Assembly: GCA_016183325.1 (NCBI GenBank) | Contig: JACPEV010000013.1 | Location: 4,837 to 68,836, forward strand | DNA length: 64,000 bases | DNA from: Candidatus Curtissbacteria bacterium | Lineage (GTDB): Bacteria; Patescibacteriota; Microgenomatia; Curtissbacterales; GWA2-41-24 | Direction: 5' to 3' | Shown here: positions 29,713 to 39,673 of the stretch, one piece after another | How positions within the stretch are numbered: the stretch's first letter is position 1 | How the letters are laid out: every line of letters begins with the position of its first letter | Notes under the pieces: generated by a model | Database searches by the model: none | What the model was told of the DNA's origin: nothing | The model's input: only the letters and a program-made list of their open reading frames with translations | Position numbers and translations under genes: made by a program

Positions 29713-30399
29713 ATGCCTTCGGCTGCTGAACTGATAAATTTTGCGGAACAACTAATTATTCGCTGGGGAATTTGGTTAATACCGATCGGGGCATTTTTGG
29801 AAAATTCGATAATTTTGGGATTTATTTTTCCTGGAGTGACTGTGATTTTTTTGTCGGGATTTGTAGCCAGAACAAGCGGCGAAAATCTATTTTTAATAAT
29901 TTTACTGGCGACTTTAGGGTCATTTTTGGGTGACAATTTTGATTATTTAATCGGTAAGCGAGCAGGCAAGGTTCTAGAGGAAAAGCCACTTTTTGCCAAA
30001 CCAGTATCTTTAGTAGAGCCTTTTTTGCTAAAACACGGGATCTGGGCAGTTTTCGCCGGCCGTTTTTCTGCTTGGAGCCGAGCTTGGATAGCGCTGGCCT
30101 GCGGGATTATTCGGTTTAAGTACTGGAAATTTGCGCTAGTTTCGGCAGCGTCGGCGCTGATTTGGACTTCTGCCTGGATTATCGGTGGCTATTTAATGGC
30201 TGGTAATCGCAAGCTGATTGAGGAGTGGTTTGACCGAGCATCGGATTTAGTTATCCTGGGCCTTTTGGTCCTTATTATTTACTATTTCAGGACAAGATTG
30301 AAGCTGATTTTTGATTTGGTAGTTTATTTTATCCACAAAACAGGAAAGCGGGTAGTCGGAAAGGTGACAGGTAATGACCAGGACCGAGGGCAAGTTTAG
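29713..30399 (+). CDS. DedA family membrane protein
   Basis: GFIFPG, GSFLGDN and GRF motifs. Confidence 0.9.
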   Translation: MPSAAELINFAEQLIIRWGIWLIPIGAFLENSIILGFIFPGVTVIFLSGFVARTSGENLFLIILLATLGSFLGDNFDYLIGKRAGKVLEEKPLFAKPVSLVEPFLLKHGIWAVFAGRFSAWSRAWIALACGIIRFKYWKFALVSAASALIWTSAWIIGGYLMAGNRKLIEEWFDRASDLVILGLLVLIIYYFRTRLKLIFDLVVYFIHKTGKRVVGKVTGNDQDRGQV

Positions 30400-30850
30400 C
30401 GATCTGGTATATCAATTAGTCAGTCAGATCCCAAAAGGCAAAGTAGCAACGTATGGTGAGATAGTGGCAGAATTGCGCCAACAGGAACACCTCCGAGGTG
30501 TAGGCTCTTTCCACCTCGGAGGTGGAGGAGCTAGAGCGGTAGGCAATGCATTGCATCGCAATCGGGATCCGAAAGTTCCATGTCATAGAGTAGTGGATCG
30601 CAATGGACGGTTGGCGACGCATTTTGCGTTCGATGGGGCTGGTGAACAAAAAAGACGTTTAGTTGCGGAAGGCGTTAAATTCAAAGATAATATGCATGTA
30701 GATTTGGGGGAATGTTTATGGGACGAGAGAGAAACAGATATCTTCATCACAGACCTATTCATTCTCGAGAGAGGTCACATAATCGTAAATATACAATTGA
30801 ATTTTTGGCTGGGGCAATTTATTCCCTTAAAGAGTCTGACAATCCAATAA
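30374..30850 (+). CDS. MGMT/ATL-family alkylated-DNA repair protein with read-through C-terminal tail
   Basis: IPKGKVATYG, ARAVGNAL and PCHRVV. Confidence 0.88.
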   Translation: MTRTEGKFSDLVYQLVSQIPKGKVATYGEIVAELRQQEHLRGVGSFHLGGGGARAVGNALHRNRDPKVPCHRVVDRNGRLATHFAFDGAGEQKRRLVAEGVKFKDNMHVDLGECLWDERETDIFITDLFILERGHIIVNIQLNFWLGQFIPLKSLTIQ

Positions 30851-31008
30851 ATCCTCAATATTTAATTACTAATCATCACAACTTGTATGAAAACATTCGT
30901 AATTATCCTGGAGGATGGCGTAAAGTCGTAACTGAGGCTGGATTCGACCCTGATGAAGAAAATGCAGCTGGAATTAAAAAGAGACGGCAAGAAAATGGTT
31001 CAGGTTAA
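30718..31008 (+). CDS. Hypothetical protein overlapping the MGMT tail
   Basis: ATG at 30718; GGWRKVVTEAGFDP helical motif. Confidence 0.5.
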   Translation: MGRERNRYLHHRPIHSRERSHNRKYTIEFLAGAIYSLKESDNPINPQYLITNHHNLYENIRNYPGGWRKVVTEAGFDPDEENAAGIKKRRQENGSG

Positions 31009-31264
31009 AGTTAGAATATATGGTTCAGTTCAAGGGGTTTTCTTTCGGCATTCGGCGAGAAAAGAAGCGGAGAGATTGGGATTGACCGGTTGGGTGAGGA
31101 ACAGTGACGACGGATCGGTGGAGGCAATAGCAGAGGGTTCCAAAGATAAGTTGGAGGAGTTTGTGGCTTGGTGTAAAAAAGGCCCGACGGCGGCAGAGGT
31201 GGAGAAGGTCCAAGTAGAGTGGAATGAAGCAGACGAAAATTTGGAAAGATTTGAAATTGTGTGA
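30995..31264 (+). CDS. acyP: Acylphosphatase
   Basis: GSVQGVFFR and GWVRNSDDGSVE. Confidence 0.93.
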   Translation: MVQVKVRIYGSVQGVFFRHSARKEAERLGLTGWVRNSDDGSVEAIAEGSKDKLEEFVAWCKKGPTAAEVEKVQVEWNEADENLERFEIV

Positions 31265-31288
31265 TAGTGGTGACACAATGAATTTAGA

Positions 31289-33391
31289 GTGGAGCTCATT
31301 GCATTTCTTTTCTTCATAACAGCCCCAGTTTTTTACTTAGTTGGTCTTATCGAAACATTCAGAGCAATATTTAAGCCGAAGTCTAAACAAGAAGAAGAGA
31401 CACAACCGCTGAAATCATATAGTGAAAATTTACTTCTTGAGGAACTTTCGGAGGCGGTTGAGGCAAACGACCTGGAGAAGGCGAAGAGGATATTAAAAGT
31501 ATCAGAATATAAAGCCCAAAAAGTATCTTCAGTTGGAGCTTTGAAGTTTGAGGGTACGAAGACATGGTTTGAAAATTGGTATTCAGACAACAGCATCGAT
31601 TTATTATTATATCTCGGCGCCTTTTTAATCATTGCTTCAGCCGGGACTTTTGTCGGGTTTAATTGGCAGAGTTTTTCGTCAGAAATAAAAGCACTTTTAT
31701 TGGGAATTTTGACGGCAGCTTTCTTTTTGGCCGGTTTTTATCTTTATTTTGCAACCAAGAAGGTAAAAAGAGCCGGTTTAACTTTTATAGCAATTGGGAG
31801 TCTACTTATTCCTTTTAATGGATGGGCCTGGTATAACTTTGTTTTAAAACCGGAGATTGGTGCGGATGTAGTCTGGTTTTTTACTTCATTGGTGGGTGTA
31901 GTCATTTGGGCATTATTAGCAATTTTAATTAAAAGAAAATTTTTTCTTTATCTTGCGGGAGCCGGTGTTCTTTCAACTTCTGAGTCTTTGGTGTCAATAT
32001 CCAACCTGAGTTTTGAATATTACACGACAGCGGCGGTTTTTTCAGGTTTTGTGTTTATCTTGGCAAAAATGATGACTAGAGCGGAGAAAATGATAGAGGA
32101 TGCAGGCGAGACTTTTAGTTATTTAGCTTACGTTTCAATACCTGTAGCAATAATAGCTTCAACGTGGGCCTTTGCTTGGGTAGGGCGTGGGAGTTTTTTT
32201 ACGGGTATGATGACGATTAACTTATTTTTGATCGCTCTTTTTTTCAGAATTGCCCACTTTTTAGATTCTTCAGAAAATAAGCCAATTTTTATGATCGTAT
32301 CTCAAGTTTTTGGAACGCTAGGCGTTTATTCCTTTGTACAGGCCGCAAAAATTGAGCTTGTCTGGTCTCTTTATATTTTTGCGGGACTTTCTATTTTGTA
32401 CTGGGGCCTGGCAGTTTTGTTTAGAAAAGTTGGCTTTAAGACTGAGTCAGAAGGATCGGCTACTCTAAGTTTAATTATTGCTTTTGGCGTTTACTTAGTT
32501 GGATTGAGTTCATCTTCGGTTGAGAATTTACATTTAGTTTTTTTTGGCACATTGATAGTTCTTTTGTTCTGGAATGTATTTTATTGGTTTAAGCTAAATG
32601 GGGTTTTATATTTAAAAAATGCTTCTTGGTATTTTGTTTTGTGGCCACTGGTGAAGGAGATAAATGCATCAGTTGATGTATATCCTTACTATTTTGTAGG
32701 CTTGGCGGCAGTGATTTATTTAGTATCTTTTGCTTTTCCGAAAAGAGACGAAATTGCTACAGCTTATCGATATAGCGGACTCGTTGCTGCGCTATTATGG
32801 GTAATAATTTTTGGTATTTATAGTATTAGTTCTGTCAAATACAATATTTTGGAATTAAACGCTCTAATTACCAGTTATTTCACAGGTCTTTTATTTGCAC
32901 TGGAGGCCTCTCGCTCAAGAAGGTTTGACATAGGAATTGTAGCATCGGTTATTTTCTTGGGAACATTGCTTTGGAATTTTAAATACATTGAGCTTGAGAA
33001 TGTGCAGTTTTATTCTTTACCTCTCGCTATTTATCTTTTCGGTTTAGGATTTTTAGCGAGGCAAAAAGAAAAAGACTATAGCGATATTGTCGATTTGGCG
33101 GCAGGAGCGATTTTGATTTTACCAACATTTGTGCAGGCTGCCGGTGAAACCAACGGTTATTGGTATGCGCTTTTATTGGGGGCCGAAGGTGTATTAATTT
33201 TGGTGTTGGCTATCAGCTGGAATAAAGTGATTTATAAATATTTGGGAATAGCAGCTTTGGTTCTGGCAGTTATCAGTCAAACTTATGAATATCTGACGTC
33301 TTTGCCAAGATGGGTAATTATAGGAGGTGTAGGATTGGTTTTTTTAGCGGCAGCAATTTATCTTTTAGCTTCAAGGAAAGAAGACAAATGA
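31289..33391 (+). CDS. Large polytopic membrane protein (DUF2157-like)
   Basis: LLLYLGAFLII...FVGFNW and many TM segments. Confidence 0.7.
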   Translation: MELIAFLFFITAPVFYLVGLIETFRAIFKPKSKQEEETQPLKSYSENLLLEELSEAVEANDLEKAKRILKVSEYKAQKVSSVGALKFEGTKTWFENWYSDNSIDLLLYLGAFLIIASAGTFVGFNWQSFSSEIKALLLGILTAAFFLAGFYLYFATKKVKRAGLTFIAIGSLLIPFNGWAWYNFVLKPEIGADVVWFFTSLVGVVIWALLAILIKRKFFLYLAGAGVLSTSESLVSISNLSFEYYTTAAVFSGFVFILAKMMTRAEKMIEDAGETFSYLAYVSIPVAIIASTWAFAWVGRGSFFTGMMTINLFLIALFFRIAHFLDSSENKPIFMIVSQVFGTLGVYSFVQAAKIELVWSLYIFAGLSILYWGLAVLFRKVGFKTESEGSATLSLIIAFGVYLVGLSSSSVENLHLVFFGTLIVLLFWNVFYWFKLNGVLYLKNASWYFVLWPLVKEINASVDVYPYYFVGLAAVIYLVSFAFPKRDEIATAYRYSGLVAALLWVIIFGIYSISSVKYNILELNALITSYFTGLLFALEASRSRRFDIGIVASVIFLGTLLWNFKYIELENVQFYSLPLAIYLFGLGFLARQKEKDYSDIVDLAAGAILILPTFVQAAGETNGYWYALLLGAEGVLILVLAISWNKVIYKYLGIAALVLAVISQTYEYLTSLPRWVIIGGVGLVFLAAAIYLLASRKEDK

Positions 33392-33531
33392 GCCACCGAT
33401 GGATTTACTTCTTTGAGATTCTTGATTAGATTTCGTATTTTCTACACCAAATTTGACCGATCGGACAAAAATGGTATAACTTCAGGAATTTAGCTTTGTT
33501 GTCGATAAGGTTCCTGATATAATTTATCCCG

Positions 33532-33590
33532 ATGAAAAGGGAATTAGTAATCATCAAACTTGGTGGAAGCGCTAATTTCGTCTCCTCTGA
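33532..33590 (+). pseudogene. 5' remnant of an amino-acid-kinase family gene, most like isopentenyl phosphate kinase
   Basis: MKRELVIIKLGGS, continuing LIS after a 1-nt shift; resembles the KLGGS(L/V)IT N-terminal motif. Confidence 0.55.
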
Positions 33591-33616
33591 TACGTGTGGT
33601 AGACTATCTCCGCTTA

Positions 33617-34849
33617 ATGAAAACTTCTACAAGTATAGCCGTTTTGGGTTCTACGGGTTCGATTGGGACGCAAACTCTTGAGGTTGTTGATGAGTTGAAA
33701 GATCAACTTAAGGTTGTGGGACTTGCTGCAGGAGGAAACCTTGGGCTCCTGGCAAAACAGATTAAAAAGTATCGGCCAAAGATTGTCTCGATTAAAGAGG
33801 AAAATGAAAGTTTTAGAAGAATGTTCTCGACACATTCGATAAACTCAGTGTCGACCCTGAGTAAAATCGAAGGGTCGACAAGCTCGAACAGTAAAGGAAG
33901 GAGTACTGTTGTTGGATGGGGGGACGAGGGTAATTGCGAGGTGGCTACTATACCCGGTGTTGATAAAGTTGTTATTGCCACCCCCGGTCTTGCGGGCATA
34001 AAGCCAACACTTGCTGCAATTCGTGCCAGAAAGACGATTGCACTGGCCACGAAAGAAGTTTTGGTTGCGGCAGGAGAAATTGTGACGCGCGAGGCCGCGA
34101 AAAATAAAGTCAAAATTTTGCCTATTGATTCGGAACATTCGGCTATATTCCAGTGTCTTCAGGGAAGGGGCGTCGAAGAGGTTAAAAGAGTTATTTTGAC
34201 AGCATCAGGAGGGCCATTCAGGGGTAAAAAATCTAAAGATTTGAAGAACGTTCGGCCAGAGCAGGCCTTGAAGCATCCGAATTGGAAAATGGGTGCCAAG
34301 ATTACTATCGATAGTGCCACGTTGATGAATAAAGGGTTTGAAGTAATTGAGGCGATGTGGTTATTCGGGGTGCCTTTTGAAAAAATTAAAGTTATTGTTC
34401 ATCCCCAGAGTATTATTCATTCGGCAGTTGAGTTTGTTGACGGCTCGATAATTGCCCAAATTGGGCCTTCTGATATGCGACTTCCAATTCAATATGCACT
34501 TTTATATCCAGGAAAACGTCAGAAAAATAGATTCAGAAGATTCACATTCGGCGATTATTCAAATTTGTCATTTGAGGAACCAGATCTTATCACGTTTAGA
34601 TGTTTAGATTTAGCCTACAGGGCAATTAAAGCTGGAAAGACTGCACCTGCGGTTTTAACGGCTGCAAATGATGTGGCAGTTGAAGCGTTCTTAACTGAAA
34701 GATTGCCGTTTTGGCGTATTTGCGATGTCGTTGAGTCGATACTTTCAGCTCACGAACCGCGAAAATACTCATCTTTATCTGAACTTCTTGCGGTAGACCT
34801 GTGGGCGAGAGATAAAGCAGGGGAGTTTGTAGTAAAATTTGGCAGATGA
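33617..34849 (+). CDS. dxr: 1-deoxy-D-xylulose 5-phosphate reductoisomerase
   Basis: LGSTGSIG, LPIDSEHSA, HPNWKMGAKIT. Confidence 0.96.
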   Translation: MKTSTSIAVLGSTGSIGTQTLEVVDELKDQLKVVGLAAGGNLGLLAKQIKKYRPKIVSIKEENESFRRMFSTHSINSVSTLSKIEGSTSSNSKGRSTVVGWGDEGNCEVATIPGVDKVVIATPGLAGIKPTLAAIRARKTIALATKEVLVAAGEIVTREAAKNKVKILPIDSEHSAIFQCLQGRGVEEVKRVILTASGGPFRGKKSKDLKNVRPEQALKHPNWKMGAKITIDSATLMNKGFEVIEAMWLFGVPFEKIKVIVHPQSIIHSAVEFVDGSIIAQIGPSDMRLPIQYALLYPGKRQKNRFRRFTFGDYSNLSFEEPDLITFRCLDLAYRAIKAGKTAPAVLTAANDVAVEAFLTERLPFWRICDVVESILSAHEPRKYSSLSELLAVDLWARDKAGEFVVKFGR

Positions 34850-35550
34850 ATTGGTTGATTGTTGTCGCGGGAGGCCGCGGAGAGCGGATGGACTTGGGAT
34901 TTAATAAAGTTTTTGCAAAGCTTGGCAATTTGCCGCTTCTTTACTGGACACTTTTGGCATTTGAAAAAAGCAAAGTAATAGATAATATTATTGTTTCGGC
35001 AAGCGAGGATGATTTGAAAAAAATTAAGGAGATTGTCAAAAAGTACAAGTTTGGCAAGGTAAAAGAGGTTGTTAAGGCAAGCGATTCGAGACAAAATTCG
35101 ACCTTGGCTATTTTGAAAGCATTGAAGCCTAGAATGAGGCGAGGCGATTTAGTAGGTGTGCATAATGGGGTAAACCCTTTTGTACGGGAGGATGAAATTC
35201 GCAAAGTCTACGAAAACGCGAGTGTTTACGGAGCTGCACTTTTGGCACAAGCGGCAAAAGACACAATTAAAATTGTCGATAAGAGGGGACTGGTTGCAAA
35301 AACTCCTCCCAGACAATATTCGTGGTATGCTCAGACTCCACAAGTGGCAACTTTTGCCAACTTATGGAAAGCATATCTTGCGGCTGAGGCAGAGAATTTC
35401 ATTGGCACCGATGATGCACAACTTTTGGAAAGAATCGGTATCAAACCAAAGATTGTTCCTTGTTCAAACCAGAATTTTAAGATTACTTTTAAGGAAGATT
35501 TAGTGATGGCTCGTCATGTGCTGCAGAATTGGGGATATAATGGTGATTAG
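34846..35550 (+). CDS. ispD: MEP cytidylyltransferase
   Basis: AGGRGERM, AQTPQ, TDDA and NFKIT. Confidence 0.93.
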   Translation: MNWLIVVAGGRGERMDLGFNKVFAKLGNLPLLYWTLLAFEKSKVIDNIIVSASEDDLKKIKEIVKKYKFGKVKEVVKASDSRQNSTLAILKALKPRMRRGDLVGVHNGVNPFVREDEIRKVYENASVYGAALLAQAAKDTIKIVDKRGLVAKTPPRQYSWYAQTPQVATFANLWKAYLAAEAENFIGTDDAQLLERIGIKPKIVPCSNQNFKITFKEDLVMARHVLQNWGYNGD

Positions 35551-35568
35551 GGTGATAAGGGATATTTT

Positions 35569-36057
35569 ATGAGAATAGGAATTGGTCAGGATTCTCACAG
35601 GTTTGCAAATCAGCCAACTGACGGGAAAAACTTTTTGGTTCTTGGAGGGGTCAAGATAGACAACAACACTGGACTTGAGGGTAATTCTGATGGCGATGTA
35701 ATTTTACATAGCCTTTGTAATGCACTATCATCTGCGATTGGCGGGGATTCGCTCTCAACTTGGTTTGATGAGATGGTCGAGAAGGGAGTAACAGATAGCC
35801 AAAAAGCGGTTGAGCATATTTTCAAAAAGATCAGACAGGAGAAATATAGAGTTGAGAATGTGTCGATTTCGGTTGAGGCGAAAAAGCCTTATATTGAACT
35901 TAAAATTGCAAATAAGATGAAGGAAAATATTGCCAAACTTTTAGGAATCAAAAAAAACCAAGTAGGAATAACTTTTACTTCAGGCGAAGGACTGACTCCT
36001 TTTGGAAAAGGATTGGGGATTCAGTCGATTTCTCAAGTTCTGATTTCCAAAAAATGA
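35569..36057 (+). CDS. ispF: MECDP synthase
   Basis: MRIGIGQDSH and SDGDVILH. Confidence 0.93.
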   Translation: MRIGIGQDSHRFANQPTDGKNFLVLGGVKIDNNTGLEGNSDGDVILHSLCNALSSAIGGDSLSTWFDEMVEKGVTDSQKAVEHIFKKIRQEKYRVENVSISVEAKKPYIELKIANKMKENIAKLLGIKKNQVGITFTSGEGLTPFGKGLGIQSISQVLISKK

Positions 36058-36923
36058 TTAAGGAAGATGCTTTTGCAAAATTTAATTTAAATTTGCATAT
36101 TATTCCAAAAGAATCCAAATCTGGCTTTTATCCTACAAAATTCTTAAATTGTCAGCTTGCTTTAAAAGACGAAATTTTTTTTGAGAGTCGAAAGCAAAGT
36201 ATTGAGGTCTTTTGTGAGAACAAAAATGTGCCTAAAGGAAAAAATAACCTTGTTGAGAGAGCAGCATTGTTACTTAAGAAAATATCGTCTGGTAAAAATT
36301 TGGGCGCAAAAATAATACTTGTGAAGAAGATTCCCATCAAAGCCGGTTTTGGTGGAGGATCAAGCGATGCGGCTGCGACAATAAGAGGGCTTCAGAAACT
36401 TTGGAAAATAGAGATTAGTGGAAGCCAGCTAGAAGAATTGACAAAAGAGCTGGGGCAGGATTTTTTCTATTCTTATTTTGGTGCGCTTTCTCAATTCGAA
36501 GGGGAAGATAATCGATATAGAACAATCCCTTTTGCCTATAAATTACCGGAAATCGAAATGCTGATTGTGGAACCAAAAGCTCAAAAACCCTCTAGTGCTT
36601 GGATGTATAATCACTTGATAACCAAAAATATTGGTAGAAACTTGCGAAAACTTGAGCTTTTAAAGGGGGCAATTGCCGAAAATAACTGTGAGGCAATTTT
36701 GGATAACCTTCATAACGACTTTGAGGGGTCAGTTATGTCATTTTATCCTGTTGTTAAAGAAATCAAAGACGATTTAAAAAATGTAGGTGCACGAAGAGCA
36801 ATTCTTGCTGGAGCAGGGCTTGCGGTGGTGGGGTTTTTTAACAGCAAAGAGGCTGTCAAAAGGGCAAGTGATAGCTTAAGAAAAAGATATAAACAGGTTA
36901 TAATTACAAAACCAAAAAACTGA
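36054..36923 (+). CDS. ispE: CDP-ME kinase
   Basis: AKFNLNL and KKIPIKAGFGGGSSDAA GHMP motif. Confidence 0.9.
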   Translation: MIKEDAFAKFNLNLHIIPKESKSGFYPTKFLNCQLALKDEIFFESRKQSIEVFCENKNVPKGKNNLVERAALLLKKISSGKNLGAKIILVKKIPIKAGFGGGSSDAAATIRGLQKLWKIEISGSQLEELTKELGQDFFYSYFGALSQFEGEDNRYRTIPFAYKLPEIEMLIVEPKAQKPSSAWMYNHLITKNIGRNLRKLELLKGAIAENNCEAILDNLHNDFEGSVMSFYPVVKEIKDDLKNVGARRAILAGAGLAVVGFFNSKEAVKRASDSLRKRYKQVIITKPKN

Positions 36924-38026
36924 TGTATAAGCGCGAACAAACTCGTCCGGTAAAAATAGGCAAGGTTACCATTGGGGGAGGCAATCTTGTTCGAGTTCAG
37001 TCAATGACGCAAACCCGAACGCATGACGTAGATGCAACCGTCAAGCAGATTCATGAGCTTGAGGAGGCAGGTTGTGAAATTATTAGGGTAACAGTTCCGG
37101 ATATGGAATCGGCAAAGGCCATAAAATCCATTAAAAAACAAATCAGAATTCCCTTGGTTGCCGATATCCATTTTCAGTATTTGCTGGCGATTGAGGCTGC
37201 TAAACAGGGTGTAGATAAAGTGCGAATTAATCCGGGCAACATTGGAGGAGTTGATCGAGTCAAAGAAGTCGTAAAGGTTTGCCGAGCGAAAAATATTCCG
37301 ATGCGAATTGGTGTCAATATGGGTTCTTTGGAGCGGGATTTATATGCCAAGTATGGGGGTTTTGGTGTGCCCAGAGTAATGGTCGAGTCGGCAACGCGTC
37401 ACATTAAAATTCTGGAAAGCCTCAAATTCTACAATATTGTGGTTTCCCTTAAGGGTGATAATCCGGTTATAGCCCGAGAGGCCTATATACTTTTTGCCAA
37501 ACGCTATAATTATCCACTGCATGTCGGGATTACTGAAGCCGGGACATTGTGGGCAGGTTCAATTAAATCTGCGGTGGGTATTGGTTCAATCCTTGCTGAG
37601 GGTATCGGAGATACAATTAGGGTCTCGATTGCCGATGATCCGAGAGAGCAGGTAAAAGTCGGATGGGAGATTCTTAAGTCAGCGGGTTTGAGACAGAAAG
37701 GTGTTGAAGTCATTGCGTGCCCAACCTGCGGGCGTACAGAAATTAATCTTATTGAATTGGCGAAAAAGGTCGAGGCGGTTGTTTCGCCTCTTGATGCTCC
37801 TATCAAAGTAGCAGTTATGGGATGTGTTGTTAACGGGCCCGGGGAAGCAAGTTTTGCCGATATTGGTGTTTGCGGAGGAAAGGGCCAGGGGGCAATATTT
37901 AAAAAAGGAAAACTGGTTAAAACTCTTAAGGAAGAAGATTTGTTGCCAGAATTTATTGACGAGATCAAAAAAGTTCTTGTCGAGAAGGGGTATAGAGGAG
38001 AAATCAAAAAACTTCAGTATGGTTAA
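36923..38026 (+). CDS. ispG: HMBPP synthase
   Basis: VQSMT, ADIHF, RINPGN, CPTCGR and MGCVVNGPGE. Confidence 0.97.
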   Translation: MYKREQTRPVKIGKVTIGGGNLVRVQSMTQTRTHDVDATVKQIHELEEAGCEIIRVTVPDMESAKAIKSIKKQIRIPLVADIHFQYLLAIEAAKQGVDKVRINPGNIGGVDRVKEVVKVCRAKNIPMRIGVNMGSLERDLYAKYGGFGVPRVMVESATRHIKILESLKFYNIVVSLKGDNPVIAREAYILFAKRYNYPLHVGITEAGTLWAGSIKSAVGIGSILAEGIGDTIRVSIADDPREQVKVGWEILKSAGLRQKGVEVIACPTCGRTEINLIELAKKVEAVVSPLDAPIKVAVMGCVVNGPGEASFADIGVCGGKGQGAIFKKGKLVKTLKEEDLLPEFIDEIKKVLVEKGYRGEIKKLQYG

Positions 38027-39017
38027 AAAAATACTTCTGGCTGCTCCTCGCGGGTTTTGTGCGGGGGTTGATCGGGCGATTGATGTGGTCGAGGCTACCT
38101 TAGCGATTTTTGGTCCGCCAGTTTATGTTAAGCATGCGATTGTGCACAATCTGCATGTTGTTGAGGATTTGGAAGTTAAAGGAGCAGTTTTTGTTGAAGA
38201 TTTGGATGAAATTCCTCCTAAATCAGTAGTGGTTTTTAGCGCACATGGCACAGATCCAGCTATAAAGGAAGAGGCAAAGAGACGCGGCCATAAAGTTATT
38301 GACGCGACTTGTCCTTTGGTTACCAAAGTCCATTTAGAAGCGGCAAGATATGCAAGAGAAGGGTATTTCATAATTTATGTAGGTCACAGAGATCATCCTG
38401 AGCCAGTCGGAGTTTTCGGAGAGGTGCCAAAAGGCACGATGACTTTAATTGAGAATGCTGACGAAGTGTCTAAAGTCAAAATTCCACAAAATGATAAATT
38501 AGTCTATCTAACCCAAACAACTTTGTCTATTTCTGACACACGTGAGACCGTTGAAGCGCTTATGCGGCGATTTCCAAATATTATTGCGCCACCTTCCTCT
38601 GACATTTGTTATGCGACCACCAATAGGCAAGCGGCAGCAAGGGAGCTGGCCAAATTATGTGATCTAGTTTTGGTAATTGGCTCGAAAACGAGCTCGAATT
38701 CACAACGCTTGCGGGAAGTCTGCGAGGAGGAAGGAGTGAGGGCCCATCTAATTGATGACGAGACGATGATTAATTCCGACTGGTTCAAGAATGTTAAGAC
38801 TTTAGGAATCACTTCAGGAGCTTCGGTACCAGAGTATCTGGTGAGTCAGCTGGTGCAGTTTATAAAAAAGAAAAACCCGAAGGCTTCTGTTGAGAACTTG
38901 GAGATTTTGCGCGAAGAGATTAAATTCCCTTTGCCTGATGATCTAGTCGCTTTGGCAAAACAATCAGAAAAGGGTGTTGGCTGGGTTGAAAAACATAGAG
39001 TGGCTTCACAGAGATAG
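38019..39017 (+). CDS. ispH: HMBPP reductase
   Basis: PRGFCAGV, DATCPLV, QTTL, DICYAT and SSNS. Confidence 0.96.
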   Translation: MVKKILLAAPRGFCAGVDRAIDVVEATLAIFGPPVYVKHAIVHNLHVVEDLEVKGAVFVEDLDEIPPKSVVVFSAHGTDPAIKEEAKRRGHKVIDATCPLVTKVHLEAARYAREGYFIIYVGHRDHPEPVGVFGEVPKGTMTLIENADEVSKVKIPQNDKLVYLTQTTLSISDTRETVEALMRRFPNIIAPPSSDICYATTNRQAAARELAKLCDLVLVIGSKTSSNSQRLREVCEEEGVRAHLIDDETMINSDWFKNVKTLGITSGASVPEYLVSQLVQFIKKKNPKASVENLEILREEIKFPLPDDLVALAKQSEKGVGWVEKHRVASQR

Positions 39018-39066
39018 AGGGATAGCGACAGCAAGCAACTTGATATTTATGATAGAATATGGCCAA

Positions 39067-39348
39067 ATGCAAACAAGGGTTTTAAACTATCGAATTATTA
39101 TAGAGCCGGAAAAACAAGGCAAAAAGACAGTTTATAATGCTTATTGTCCGACTTTGGGTCTTGCTGACTGGGGCGATTCCATCGATGATGCAATCAAAAA
39201 CATTAAAGCACTCATAAAATTTCATGTTGAAAGCTTGCTTGAAGAAGAGTTAGAGGTGCCCCAGGAAAATACCGCACAAGAGATTATTACTGCGACTACG
39301 GTTTCAATTCAAGGATCAGGCAGCACGCTTCATGTAGCAGTGGGATGA
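39067..39348 (+). CDS. HicB-family antitoxin
   Basis: YNAYCPTLGLADWGDSIDDAIKN. Confidence 0.88.
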   Translation: MQTRVLNYRIIIEPEKQGKKTVYNAYCPTLGLADWGDSIDDAIKNIKALIKFHVESLLEEELEVPQENTAQEIITATTVSIQGSGSTLHVAVG

Positions 39349-39569
39349 GTGGGCTACCCCAAGTCAGACCTAAAGAGTTGGTTAGAGCACTCGAAAAAGC
39401 TGGATTTAACAAAGGACGCCAGACTGGCAGCCACGTATTTCTTAAGCACCAGGACGGAAGACTAACTTCTGTTTCTATTCATCCAAAGCCAATTCCAACA
39501 GGTACACTGCGGGCTATTTTAAGACAGACAAAAATAAAGACGGAAGACTTAAAAAAGTTGTTAAGATAA
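39345..39569 (+). CDS. HicA-family toxin
   Basis: LEKAGF..RQTGSH...IPTGTLRAIL. Confidence 0.9.
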   Translation: MSGLPQVRPKELVRALEKAGFNKGRQTGSHVFLKHQDGRLTSVSIHPKPIPTGTLRAILRQTKIKTEDLKKLLR

Positions 39570-39582
39570 AATTCTGGGGTCT

Positions 39583-39663
39583 GACGATTTGGTGTCCCTG
39601 GCCAAACAGTCGGATCAGGGAATTGCTTTGGTCGAAAAGCACAAAGTTGTCATTCAACGATAG
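39583..39663 (+). pseudogene. Diverged duplicate of the last 26 codons of ispH
   Basis: DDLVSLAKQSDQGIALVEKHKVVIQR* versus ispH DDLVALAKQSEKGVGWVEKHRVASQR* (17/26 identical). Confidence 0.9.
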
Positions 39664-39673
39664 TTTCTCAAAC

